DNA of 60,857 bases, filler included, from an uncultured bacterium (GCA_964449065.1; 6 parts of 6 records of this genome joined end to end with filler, not necessarily neighbours in it), one strand, 5' to 3'. Positions 39,223-49,165 are shown, counted from the first letter of the whole stretch. Translations and numbers: made by a program. Notes: generated by a model not told the origin, from the letters alone.

Positions 39223-40605
39223 ATGGCTAATGATAGATCCGATGAAATCACATTTAATAATCTCAAGGATATTTTCGATTGTCTCACTGATGCTGTAATC
39301 GTATTGGATAAAAATGCCAAATTAGTCATGGTGAATCCAATCTTTTGCAAGTTGATAGGGACAACTATTGGAAAATGTATTGGTAGAGAGACAAAAGACC
39401 TCATCTCAGAAGGTTTATACGATCGAAGCGTTGTTTACGAGACAATCGAGACAGGCAAAGAGGTGACTGGAATTGTCAATACTGGCGGCGGAGTGGAGCT
39501 TCTCTCTCGCTCCCGAATAGTCTACGACAACGAAGGTAAAATAAAATTCGTAGTAGTGACATCAACACCTGTATCAGTTTTAAAAAGTCTACAAATAGAG
39601 TTTAAAAGGCAGCAGAATTTACCCGACGAGTATTTAACAGATTTGAAGTGCCTGCGAAACCATCTCCAATTTGATGACGATTTCATCTTTGAAAGCCGAG
39701 AAATGAAAAACCTTCTAAATGTAGTCAAGAGAGTAGCCCCACTCGATTTTACCGTACTAATCACCGGAGAATCCGGAGTGGGAAAGGAAATCTTGGCAAA
39801 GACGATTCATAAAAACAGCAATAGAGGAAACACTTTTGTTCCTGTCAACATCCCGGCAATTTCCGACAACCTTTTTGAAGCGGAACTATTTGGATACAAA
39901 GAAGGTGCTTTTACAGGAGCCCTGCGAGGGGGAAAAATAGGTCTTTTTGAGGTTGCACAGGGAGGAACTCTTTTCCTTGATGAGGTTGGGGATATTCCCT
40001 ATCCAATGCAGGTAAAAATTCTTAGATCCATTGAAAATGGTGAAATTACTCGGGTAGGGTCTACTGAAATTACAAAACTTGACTTTAGAATCATTGCAGC
40101 TACAAACAGAGATCTTAGAAAAATGGTAAAGGAAGGAAGCTTTCGAGAAGATTTATTTTATAGATTAAATGTTGTTCCAATAGATATTAAACCTCTCCGG
40201 GAAAGGCATGAAGATATAGAGCCTCTTTGCAACTATTTCATGCAAAACATTAATGATAAGAACAAATTAAACAAATATCTTTTAGCTAATTCACTAGATG
40301 AATTAAAGAAATACAGTTGGCCTGGGAATATACGGGAACTCAGAAATATTTTAGAAAGGCTGGTAACCCAATCTGATGAAAATTATATAACCCAAAAAGA
40401 GGTAAAATCAGTCCTCTGCTTTTCAATTGATGACAACTCGGCGCTTCAAGATGACGGCGTAACTATGTCAGCACTGGAAGAATATGAAGCTTTTGAACAT
40501 TCAAAAATTTTGACAGCCCTCAAGCGAACTGGTGGCAACAAATCAAAAGCGGCAAAGCTACTTGGGACGAGTAGAAGCACATTGTACAGGAAATTAAAAA
40601 GGTAG
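39223..40605 (+). CDS. PAS-domain sigma54-dependent transcriptional activator (Fis HTH)
   Basis: GESGVGKE, GAFTGA, LFLDE, FREDLFYRLNV, WPGNIREL, NKSKAAKLLG.SRSTLYRK. Confidence 0.95.
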   Translation: MANDRSDEITFNNLKDIFDCLTDAVIVLDKNAKLVMVNPIFCKLIGTTIGKCIGRETKDLISEGLYDRSVVYETIETGKEVTGIVNTGGGVELLSRSRIVYDNEGKIKFVVVTSTPVSVLKSLQIEFKRQQNLPDEYLTDLKCLRNHLQFDDDFIFESREMKNLLNVVKRVAPLDFTVLITGESGVGKEILAKTIHKNSNRGNTFVPVNIPAISDNLFEAELFGYKEGAFTGALRGGKIGLFEVAQGGTLFLDEVGDIPYPMQVKILRSIENGEITRVGSTEITKLDFRIIAATNRDLRKMVKEGSFREDLFYRLNVVPIDIKPLRERHEDIEPLCNYFMQNINDKNKLNKYLLANSLDELKKYSWPGNIRELRNILERLVTQSDENYITQKEVKSVLCFSIDDNSALQDDGVTMSALEEYEAFEHSKILTALKRTGGNKSKAAKLLGTSRSTLYRKLKR

Positions 40606-40635
40606 GAACAAACAGAACAAACAGAAGAACAAACA
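40606..40635 (+). repeat. Three GAACAAACA copies abutting the inverted repeat
   Basis: 40606-14, 40615-23, 40627-35. Confidence 0.85.
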
Positions 40636-40735
40636 GGGTCACCCATTAAAAGGTCCTCGTCAAGAGATAATAGAACTCCGTTCAAGAAAAAAGGTACTTT
40701 TCTTGCGAGGTAAAACACTTGGATCATTACTAAGG
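40636..40735 (-). repeat. Right arm of the perfect 100-bp inverted repeat
   Basis: Reverse complement of 31686-31785. Confidence 0.95.
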
Positions 40736-40756
40736 TTACCAGTGACTCCGATTTGC

Positions 40757-40851
40757 GGTACGGTGCGGTACTTGGTACGGGGTCGGGCCACGCTAAATCT
40801 CTTGGTACGGCTTGGTACGGGGTGGTACGGGGTCGGGCCACGCTAAATCTC
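40757..40851 (+). repeat. Stuttered repeat: six GGTAC units and a 29-bp duplication containing GGGGTC
   Basis: TGGTACGGGGTCGGGCCACGCTAAATCTC at 40773-40801 and 40823-40851. Confidence 0.85.
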
Positions 40852-40878
40852 AGTATTTACGAAATTATCCCCCGCAGA

Positions 40879-40978
40879 NNNNNNNNNNNNNNNNNNNNNN
40901 NNNNNNNNNNNNNNNNNNNNNNTTAATTAATTAANNNNNNNNNNNNNNNNNNNNNNNNNNNNNNNNNNNNNNNNNNNN
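40879..40978. other. Artificial contig spacer
   Basis: N run with TTAATTAATTAA. Confidence 0.97.
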
Positions 40979-43739
40979 AGACGGCGGATTGGTGTTTTGC
41001 GATATCGAAAACAACAAGCTGAAGAAGGTGCGCACCAACGGTACCGTCATCACAATTGCCGGAACGGGGGTTCCCGGCGGCAGCGGTGACGGCGGACCGC
41101 CATCGTTCGCGCAATTGAACACACCGGTGGATGTGGAAATTGATCAAATTACGCAGAGCATTTATATCGCAGAGCGTTTGGGGCCGCGTATTCGGCGGAT
41201 TCGCAACGGGGTCATCACTACCATTTACAACCAAACGATTAATCCCAATTTTACCAGCCCGCGAGGCTTGGCATTATTTGAGGATATTTTTCTCTATTTT
41301 TCCAGTGATGATCATTTTATCCGCCGCCTGAACTTGATTGACGGAGGGGCGGAAGTTGTGGCGGGTACCGGTTCCCCAGGATTTGATGGGAACGGCGGAC
41401 CGGCGCACTTGGCCAGGATTAATTTACCCATTGGGATGGATGTAGATGAAGAGGGCGATTTGTACTTTGCCGATTCTTCTAATCATGCCGTCCGCTTTGT
41501 GAGTATCCCGGGGTCGGATGTGGTTCCCACGCCAAGACCGACTGCCACGCCAACGCCAACGCCTACGATCACTTTAACGCCGACAGCAACACCAACGCCG
41601 ACACCGCGGTTGATTCAACGCACGCCCACGCCGACACCGTTTTTGACAGCCACCCCGACCGCAACCCCAACAGGGCTGCCGGAAGGGCAACTGGCGCCTC
41701 CAATTCCATCGCAGGATTCTGATGGGCCGAACGATGTGTTTTGGACCAGGGAAACCGAAGTCTTTGTGCCCGAGCCGGTGGATAGCGAGAAGGTGATGAT
41801 TGTTCTTGCCGGGGGTGAGAACGGAAGAGATACTTTCTTGACGCTGGATACGATTGATTTGGAAATCACTCATCCTGATGGAAGTACGGCAATTGAATCA
41901 ATCGTATTCGCGGATCAAACCTCGATGGAGCCGGTCGACTTAACCAACAGTTTTGCGCAAGGCAGAAATTCGGTTTCTGTAACATTAACTGACTCAAAGG
42001 GATCGGGTCATGCGACGACACCATTGTATATCGTGGTCTTCTCCGCCCCGGAATTGAAGGACATCCCGGACATTCGCGGGTTGGTTGGCGAGCGGATTGT
42101 GGATGTGTATCAAATCGAAGATTATTTTTCCGACCGCGACACACCGATTGACGACGTGACATTTACGATAACGACGACGAATCCGCAGTTAAATTTAGAG
42201 ATCGGGCCGCGGCGGTCGGTTACCGTTAACGCAATAGACCGGCCGGGTGATGCTACGTTTTCGGTTCGGGTTAATGACGGGATCTTTGATGTGTCGGAAG
42301 AGGTGCATGTGAAACGGTCAACCTTTTTGTTTGAAGAATTTCAATTGGAACCCGCACCGCTTTTGGGAGACTTTGCGTTTCTATCATCCACCAATTTGCA
42401 GACGTTGTTAAACCCACCGGACGCGAATTTGGGGAATGTGCCGTTTGAGACTCAATTTGCCACCGGCACGGGCTTAAAAGCGGCGCATGTAGCACATGGA
42501 CAGACCTTTCTGTTTCCGGAGTTTCCCGGCGGATTGGTGGTAGAGCCTGTGGATGTTTCGCTGGTAGGACAGCGGGACACGAGCATTGTGGAAAATGTGG
42601 ATGATTATGATGGGTTGATTGTTACTACTTCATCCGTGTTTACACCGGGAAACGGAAGCCCGGACCGCAACTTTAATTTTAGCGCGGAAACGCTGGGGCA
42701 AACCAACTGGTTTGTGAGTTCGATTTCAACCGGAACAATTGAGCTGGATAGCATTCCGCCGGATCCGGTGCCGGCGATTACCGATGGATTTGGTGCGGTA
42801 TTGAGAGTGAATCCTGGTGAATTGGCCATTCTGCAAAGCGATTTTATTGATCTGCCGCCCGGGCCGGCAAGGATATCGGTTTGGTTTGCCGTGGAAAATT
42901 TTGGATTTAATGACGCCGATGTGCCGGAAATTACACTGGCATTGGGTGAAGACAGCAACAACATCAGTTTTTCCAGAATTCGCAACGCGGAAATTAAAGG
43001 GAAGAGCGTCTATCAGTTTTTAAGCACAACATACGACGTTTTAGAAGAAGATGTGAGCGCGTTTTTTATTGTGAACGGGATTCAACAATCGGGTACGGTT
43101 GAGGTTTATCTGGATAATGTTCGAGTGTTTCCCATGCCGCGGGATATTGACCGGGCGTTGGGGATTCCCGAACTGCCGGTTGAATTTGATGGTACGTTTG
43201 AAAGCGTCATTCGCGGATTGGGCGACTTTTTTAATGTGGATGAAAGTTTGACAATCGGCGGGCAGGCATCTTTAACCCAAGAGGTCAACCGGACACAAAC
43301 GCCGACCGGTTTGCGTAAATCATTGCTGATGGAGTTAATCGAGCCGGAATCCTCCGTGCGGGTGGAAGTGGGACCGACATTTGTTGACGAAAGCGTATAT
43401 CCCGGATTTATTTCCGCACGCGCGTATTTGAATGCGGTGGTGGAAGGCAGCGGGGTATCTGCATTGGCGATATTAAATGAAAACCATGAAGTGGTGACGT
43501 TTACCGCGAACAATCGGCTGCCTACCGATCAAGATACTTGGCATGAGATTACGGCAACTGGATATTTTTCCGTGCAGGGAGAACCACCGTTGGTTATTTT
43601 GCAGAACCTTAACCAGCGTGGCGTGTTTCCGGGAGTATTTCGAGACGGCGCATCTGTGGCGGTCGATGACATCACGATAGAGGCGAAACAGGACAGCAGG
43701 CACTTTTGGGACCAAAAACGGTTGCCGAAATTGCGTTAA
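40979..43739 (+). CDS. Large extracellular protein (5'-partial): NHL beta-propeller, Pro/Thr linker, Ig-like and jelly-roll/CBM-like domains
   Basis: TIAGTG..G.SGDGGP...AQLN.P repeats, GDLYFADSSNHAVR, (PT)n, and YLDNVRV / VDDITI jelly-roll ends. Confidence 0.8.
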
Positions 43740-43944
43740 AAGGCAAAAAAACACTTGTAATATATTCTTGTTTATCTTATACTTACATTAAAATTATTTT
43801 GATTTTGCTTTAAGGTTATTTTTGCCGTACCGATATTGATACTATGTGATATCATGCAAGCACGGGCGTAAGCCCCGGTCGATATGTAATGTACTAAGTG
43901 ATATAAATTAAGGTTTGCCATGCAGCTAAAGGGGTGCCGGGAAC

Positions 43945-44262
43945 ATGGAACACGATGGAATATACTTGAACTTAAGTTCGGATGAAGGGCCGTTTCAGGT
44001 CCAATTATCAAACCCATGTATTTTCGATATAGAATCGGAAGTAGGGTTGGTATCGCTTATTCTTGATAAGCAGTATCCGCAGTATTTGATTATTCATATC
44101 GACAATGAGCCGCGCAAGTGTGTTGGGCTGCATGAGTTCAACCTCGAGTTTAAAGAAGATGAGGAGGTAAAAGAATTCTTGCAGACGGTATCCACCTCCG
44201 AATTTTTCGATGAGATCATCGAAGACGAGAAAAGCATGAACGACGGCTGGGCCGCGCTGTAA
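43945..44262 (+). CDS. Small acidic hypothetical protein
   Basis: 105-aa ATG ORF; no recognised motif. Confidence 0.6.
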   Translation: MEHDGIYLNLSSDEGPFQVQLSNPCIFDIESEVGLVSLILDKQYPQYLIIHIDNEPRKCVGLHEFNLEFKEDEEVKEFLQTVSTSEFFDEIIEDEKSMNDGWAAL

Positions 44263-44389
44263 GAATAAACGGCTGCCACATTGTATTTTGTAATACCAAT
44301 TGCAATTTGGTTTTCCAACAATGAAATTTCTACTCATTCAAAAAATGAATGTCTGATGTGATCTGTACTTTCTATCCAAGGCATCAACA

Positions 44390-45911
44390 CTACCCTTCAT
44401 ACTTTTTATTAAAGACAGGAAGTTTTCTAAGATCTTTGTAGGTAACTTTTCCAGTCTTACGATTGAAAAGAACAACGCTTTGTGCAGCACGTACCCCTGT
44501 ATAAAAACCATAGTCAAGGATCAAAGCAAGGTATTTTCGTCCCGCTTCTTTAATGGTGATACCTTCATTAATCACGTGAAGAAGGCGAAGGTCAACAAGG
44601 GTTTGTACATCTTGAAATAAGGTGTCATTCGTCTTGATTTCAACTAAAAAAGCGTTTTTTCGATGTTGTTTGACGCAAAACTCTCTAATCTCTTCCAAAA
44701 GTGCTTCCAAAGAATGAGTATCACCGGAAACTTCTGACTCTAATTCGCGAAGTTTCGTGTTAATCGCCTCGGAAGCAGCGGTGTTGACATCAGAAACAGA
44801 TACTCTTTGTTTACCAGACAATGTAGCTTTCGTCATAGCCTGTGAGAATAAATTGAGAGCATCTCTTGGAACTCCAGCAGCAACCCACGTCAAACGTGGG
44901 ATAACATCTGAACTTGTACAGAGACTTCTAATAGAAGGAATGCCGCAGTACCTTGCATGAGAGTCTAAGATCGCTTCAATGTGTTGAGCCGCTTTGTCAG
45001 GGGACGTAAGGTTATAATCCAATCGGATGAGTTGTACATCATGATGTATCTGCAAACCTTGCTTTGTCTTAGGATCAAACGGTTTTGTCAGCGTTTCGAT
45101 CGCAGACATTTTCAGGAAAATTTTGTTTCCCCTACCCACGGCATAGAGTATATCGAGCAATCGAGGTTGCAGTTCCATATTAAGCACATGGATGTCATCC
45201 AAAAATATAAACAATTCTTTCCCTTGATCTGCAAAACTTGATAGAAGTCTCCGTATAACCGGCAGCTGTTTCCTTATTGTTTCCTCTTCTAAATCGGGCT
45301 GTTTCAATTTCGTCAATAGATCTTGGAATCCTTGCTTTATTCCAATTGTATTTGATGTTTTTTCAAGAACTTCACAAATCACATCAGATAATACAGAAAC
45401 ATCATTTCTTCGAGCATAAACTTGCATGTCTATCCAAACCGATTGGCGGGATAATTCATCTTGAGTTTGTAAAACATATAAAAGTAGTGTTGATTTACCA
45501 GCCCCCCCTCCTGCCAAATACAATGTGGTTGGCGGATGCAGCAATCTGCTCTTCTGCGCCTGCTACGGACTGAGTATATCTAGAAAGAAAATCTCCTTCC
45601 TGGAAACTATAACGGTTGATATTTAAACTCTCTGATAATGTTTGCAGGAGAAGTTTACCTTCTGCCTCTTGTAGGAGGTTGCTTCCTGATTTTTTAACAA
45701 GTGTTACTAATGGAGTCCCAGACTCATCGCTGCTAAAACGGCTTAGCACTTGATTAAGTATAGTGAATAAACGTTCTGTGGGATTGGCTACCTTGAGCAA
45801 AAGTACATCACTTTCCTCCCTTTCACGTAATTCAGACGGTATATTGGAAAGACCGGATTTTTTTTCAAATTCGATTTTAATTTGGTTAAATACTGAATCC
45901 ATTGTTTTCAT
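44390..45911 (-). pseudogene. P-loop ATPase (ORC/Cdc6- or STAND-like with winged-helix tail), split by a +1 frameshift in a G7 tract within Walker A
   Basis: HIVFGRRG | AGKSTLL joins if one G is removed at 45502-45508; Walker B FIFLDD; AAGVPRDALNLF; LVDLRLLH...LDYGFY. Confidence 0.85.
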
Positions 45912-45919
45912 GTTTTACC

Positions 45920-46417
45920 TCACACATTCATGCCTCTTCCTTTGAGATAATTCCTCACATCTTTTAGAAATTCAGAAACCAGTACGGTGGTACTCGAAGA
46001 ACCAAGTACTAAGTCTTTTGCTTTAGAGATGTGGTCATAGTCGCACGTATTTCTGTCCCCTCTTAAAACATTCAACTGGATTTGATAGGTCGAACGATTA
46101 GGAAAGTCTTGGGGGAGATTCTCAAATATTCTATAATGATCTTTTATATCAGTCGAGTACTCACCTTTTACATAAAGACACACTGCACGTCCAGCGTTGT
46201 ATGCGGCATAATAAAGGCGGGATATTTTTTGACGCCAATGAGGGGCTGTTTGCTTTTGTGCAAAACGAAAATGTTGTTCAGCAAGTGAAAGTAATCCAAT
46301 AACATTCACTTCTATCTCAGATTCTATTTAATCTAATGCTGTGGAATCAATTATTCCAGTCAGGTTTTCTTTCACTTTCCGCACATTACCAATATTTAAT
46401 AAATGCGGTGATTTCAT
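45920..46417 (-). pseudogene. HEPN-domain protein with in-frame TAA at codon 30 (46328-46330)
   Basis: ISRLYYAAYNA and RGDRNTCDYD are HEPN-like; ATG at 46417 is in frame with the 129-aa ORF. Confidence 0.75.
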
Positions 46418-46500
46418 AATAGCGACAAATAAATCCTTTCGGTCAAACAGTATTCATTTCCAATAAACAATCTGTAAAACATACACCTTGGAAATGTGCC

Positions 46501-46574
46501 TGATATGTGATGAGTGATATGTGATGAGTGATGAGTGATGAGTTTTTCCATTGATTCACTCATCACTCGTCACT
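46501..46574. repeat. Heptamer tandem repeats with inverted partner
   Basis: Six TGATATG/TGATGAG units (46501-46542), then CACTCATCACTCGTCACT. Confidence 0.85.
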
Positions 46575-46579
46575 GTTAT

Positions 46580-47755
46580 TTACATATCCACCCAAACGTT
46601 ACCGTTGTTATGGCTCTCTACGGATTTCTCAATAAAATAAATCCCCATGCGGCCGTCTTCAACCGTGGCATACTTCGAGCCGTCATGCTTGCTGTAGTTG
46701 CCCGCTTGATAGGCGCGCACATCGGCTTCAAAGCAGCGGTGCAAACGCGCAAACGCGTCATGAAACGCTTCCGGGTGGCCCGCCGGAACGGTCGGTTCGC
46801 CCATTAAATCTTCGGGCAGATCGCCTAAGAAACCGTCATTGGCAGAAACCGCTCCACGGAAGTAAGTGCGGTCCGGTTGATCGGTCAAATGCACGGTTAA
46901 TTCTTCTGGAAACTCCTGCCGCCAAGTTAACGTTCCTTTGGAACCGTTGACTTCAAGACCTAAATCGTTCTTATGACCGATGGCGATTTGCGTGGCGCGT
47001 ACTAGCCCTTTTCCACCGTTATCCAGTTCACAATACACGGTAAAACTGTCATCCAGCTGGCGTCCTGAAACAAAGGTTTCCATGTGGCCTTGAACGCGCT
47101 TGATTTCGCGGCCGGTCACATACCGCATTTGCATCAAGGCATGGGTTCCGATATCCCCGCCGCAGCAGCTGGCTCCCGCTTTTTTGGGGTCCACCCGCCA
47201 TTCGGCTTGCTGCAAGCCGGTGTCTTCCGTTCGGTCTGCCAGCCAGCCCTGCAGATAGTAGGCATCCACCCAGCGCACCTCGCCAATCAAGCCGGATTGC
47301 ACGATATGGCGGCTCAAGCGGCTCGACCAATGGCCCAAATAGGTATGCGCCACACAAAATGGAATATTCTTCTCGTTAACGATTTTTACCAACTCATCGG
47401 ATTCACTGAGTTGCACGGTCAGCGGCTTTTCACAAAATACCGGAATCCCCCGTTCCAGCGCTTTTTTTGCTGGATCATAGTGCACAAAGTTGGGCGTGAC
47501 GATTAGCACATAATCGATGCGGTCGTCTTCCGGCCGCTTCATTTCTTCGTCCAGCATCTCGTCATAACTGCCATACCCGCGGATGGGATATGCCCAATCC
47601 TTGGCGAATTGCCTTGATTGCTCCGGGTCGGGATGCAGCGCCCCCGCGGTCACGCGGCGGGTGCCGTCAAAGTGAATGGCTTTTTGGTGTGGATTGACGA
47701 TAAACGCCGCCCCTCCGCCACCGATCAATCCTACCTGTAAAGGTCGCTTCGACAT
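46580..47755 (-). CDS. Gfo/Idh/MocA oxidoreductase
   Basis: GLIGGG, IVTPNFVH, CEKP, YLQGWL, GDIGTHA. Confidence 0.93.
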   Translation of the reverse strand: MSKRPLQVGLIGGGGAAFIVNPHQKAIHFDGTRRVTAGALHPDPEQSRQFAKDWAYPIRGYGSYDEMLDEEMKRPEDDRIDYVLIVTPNFVHYDPAKKALERGIPVFCEKPLTVQLSESDELVKIVNEKNIPFCVAHTYLGHWSSRLSRHIVQSGLIGEVRWVDAYYLQGWLADRTEDTGLQQAEWRVDPKKAGASCCGGDIGTHALMQMRYVTGREIKRVQGHMETFVSGRQLDDSFTVYCELDNGGKGLVRATQIAIGHKNDLGLEVNGSKGTLTWRQEFPEELTVHLTDQPDRTYFRGAVSANDGFLGDLPEDLMGEPTVPAGHPEAFHDAFARLHRCFEADVRAYQAGNYSKHDGSKYATVEDGRMGIYFIEKSVESHNNGNVWVDM

Positions 47756-47968
47756 GAATAAATCTCCTTTCTACGCTTCATAAGTTTCAATCAAATCAAT
47801 GGAGTAAGGGAAGGGACTTCAACCGCATACGCGGAACAAATTGGAATGTATTCCCCCCATTCAAACGATTTCCATAACGGTATTATGACAACGCTTTCCC
47901 CGTTTGGAAACGTGTATGGATGGATTTAAACCAAGATCAGTTGAGAGACAGTCGCGAATCGATGGCAT

Positions 47969-48343
47969 TTAAATTTGTTCATTTTTCAGTGGATTTAGAA
48001 GATTGATTTTCTCTATCCATTTAAAATCCACTTCATTATTTGTAACAAGAGTGAGGTCATGAACAATTGCTGTTCCAGCAATTAAGGCATCTCCCAATGC
48101 CATTTTTCTTTCTTGCCGAAGAGATACCGCTTGTTCAAGTACATTTTGGGATAGTGGAAGAATACGAACTAATTCAAATAGTTTTTCAAACTTATTCCGT
48201 TTTTCAATAGATAATTTATGATATCCAAGTACTTCCACATAACTAACAGCAGAAACAAAAGGATTTTGATCATCAATAAACTTTCGTAGATTTTGATGAT
48301 ATGGGAGTATTGAATAAATTATTATATTGCTATCAATCAGCAT
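47969..48343 (-). CDS. vapC: VapC-like PIN-domain toxin
   Basis: MLIDSNIII...S.VSYVEVLG...LGDALIAGTA...LVTNNE.DF. Confidence 0.9.
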   Translation of the reverse strand: MLIDSNIIIYSILPYHQNLRKFIDDQNPFVSAVSYVEVLGYHKLSIEKRNKFEKLFELVRILPLSQNVLEQAVSLRQERKMALGDALIAGTAIVHDLTLVTNNEVDFKWIEKINLLNPLKNEQI

Positions 48344-48345
48344 GA

Positions 48346-48612
48346 TTAATCCCGAAATGGAAGTGGACGGTCTTTTCGGATTTCTCGCTGCCATTCCACA
48401 GGATCATCGATTTCCGCAAAGGCATTGGATGCGGCCAGATCTTCCAAGCATTCTAAAATTGACATATTGTTGGAAACATTTTTTTTTACTTTGGGTTTCT
48501 CTTCAACAATCACTTCCACTTTAACCGGATGATTTTGATCCGATTCCGGTGCATCCGCAATCCAATCCAACTGATTGCCTTTCAAAACTGCTTTATAGGT
48601 TTTCGTCATCAT
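48346..48612 (-). CDS. Putative antitoxin of the PIN toxin
   Basis: TYKAVLKG..L.W N-terminus, IDDPVEWQREIR C-terminus; directly upstream of vapC. Confidence 0.7.
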   Translation of the reverse strand: MMTKTYKAVLKGNQLDWIADAPESDQNHPVKVEVIVEEKPKVKKNVSNNMSILECLEDLAASNAFAEIDDPVEWQREIRKDRPLPFRD

Positions 48613-48617
48613 GACCC

Positions 48618-48872
48618 TCAATTATTTTTATGACTGGCATTCATGATCGTCATCCCAACGATTTCTTGATCATCCTTATGGATAAGTATATCTTCTTCCG
48701 CCTCGATTGTCTCTTTTGCCCGTTGAGGCCGGCGAAAACTGAAATACAGAACATCGGCTTCCTTGTCATAATCCATCCAAATGTGCTCTACCGGCAATTT
48801 AACAATATCCGATGCCATAGATAAACAGTTCCGCAAAAATAATTGAGTATCTAATGCTGGTGTTGATGCCAT
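48618..48872 (-). CDS. DUF2283-family protein (putative antitoxin)
   Basis: YDKEADVLYFSF...IVGMTIMNAS. Confidence 0.85.
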   Translation of the reverse strand: MASTPALDTQLFLRNCLSMASDIVKLPVEHIWMDYDKEADVLYFSFRRPQRAKETIEAEEDILIHKDDQEIVGMTIMNASHKNN

Positions 48873-49156
48873 ATTATTTCACCCTTCGGCTTCTTGGATA
48901 AAAAGTAAGCGGTAATTACAAATCCATCATCTTTGGAAACCTCTTTATAAATGACGATTAACCATTTACGCTTTGATAAAGACTGAACAGCCTTTAATGA
49001 TCCATGATTTGCTTGAAAAATGTAATCTGGATTTTCTATTGTTTCCAATACTTCATGAAAATAACTTGCCATGTAATCATGGTTTTCGATGATATGATAC
49101 CATCGCTCATATGTTAATCGTATAGGAACATTATTGATGGAATATGCTATATTCAA
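48851..49156 (-). CDS. Putative RelE/BECR-fold toxin paired with DUF2283
   Basis: IRLTYERWYHIIENH...TIENPD...VIYKE...GFVITAYF. Confidence 0.7.
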   Translation of the reverse strand: MNIAYSINNVPIRLTYERWYHIIENHDYMASYFHEVLETIENPDYIFQANHGSLKAVQSLSKRKWLIVIYKEVSKDDGFVITAYFLSKKPKGEIIWHQHQH

Positions 49157-49165
49157 TGCGAACGA

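Noticed and set aside
40757..40851. CRISPR-like array (29-bp repeat twice)
   Set aside because: Only two copies, the intervening sequence is built from the same GGTAC units, and there are no cas genes.
43850..43944. Riboswitch upstream of the 105-aa gene
   Set aside because: Only a small hairpin (GGGCGTAAGCCC); I could not match a full aptamer consensus. An Rfam scan would decide.
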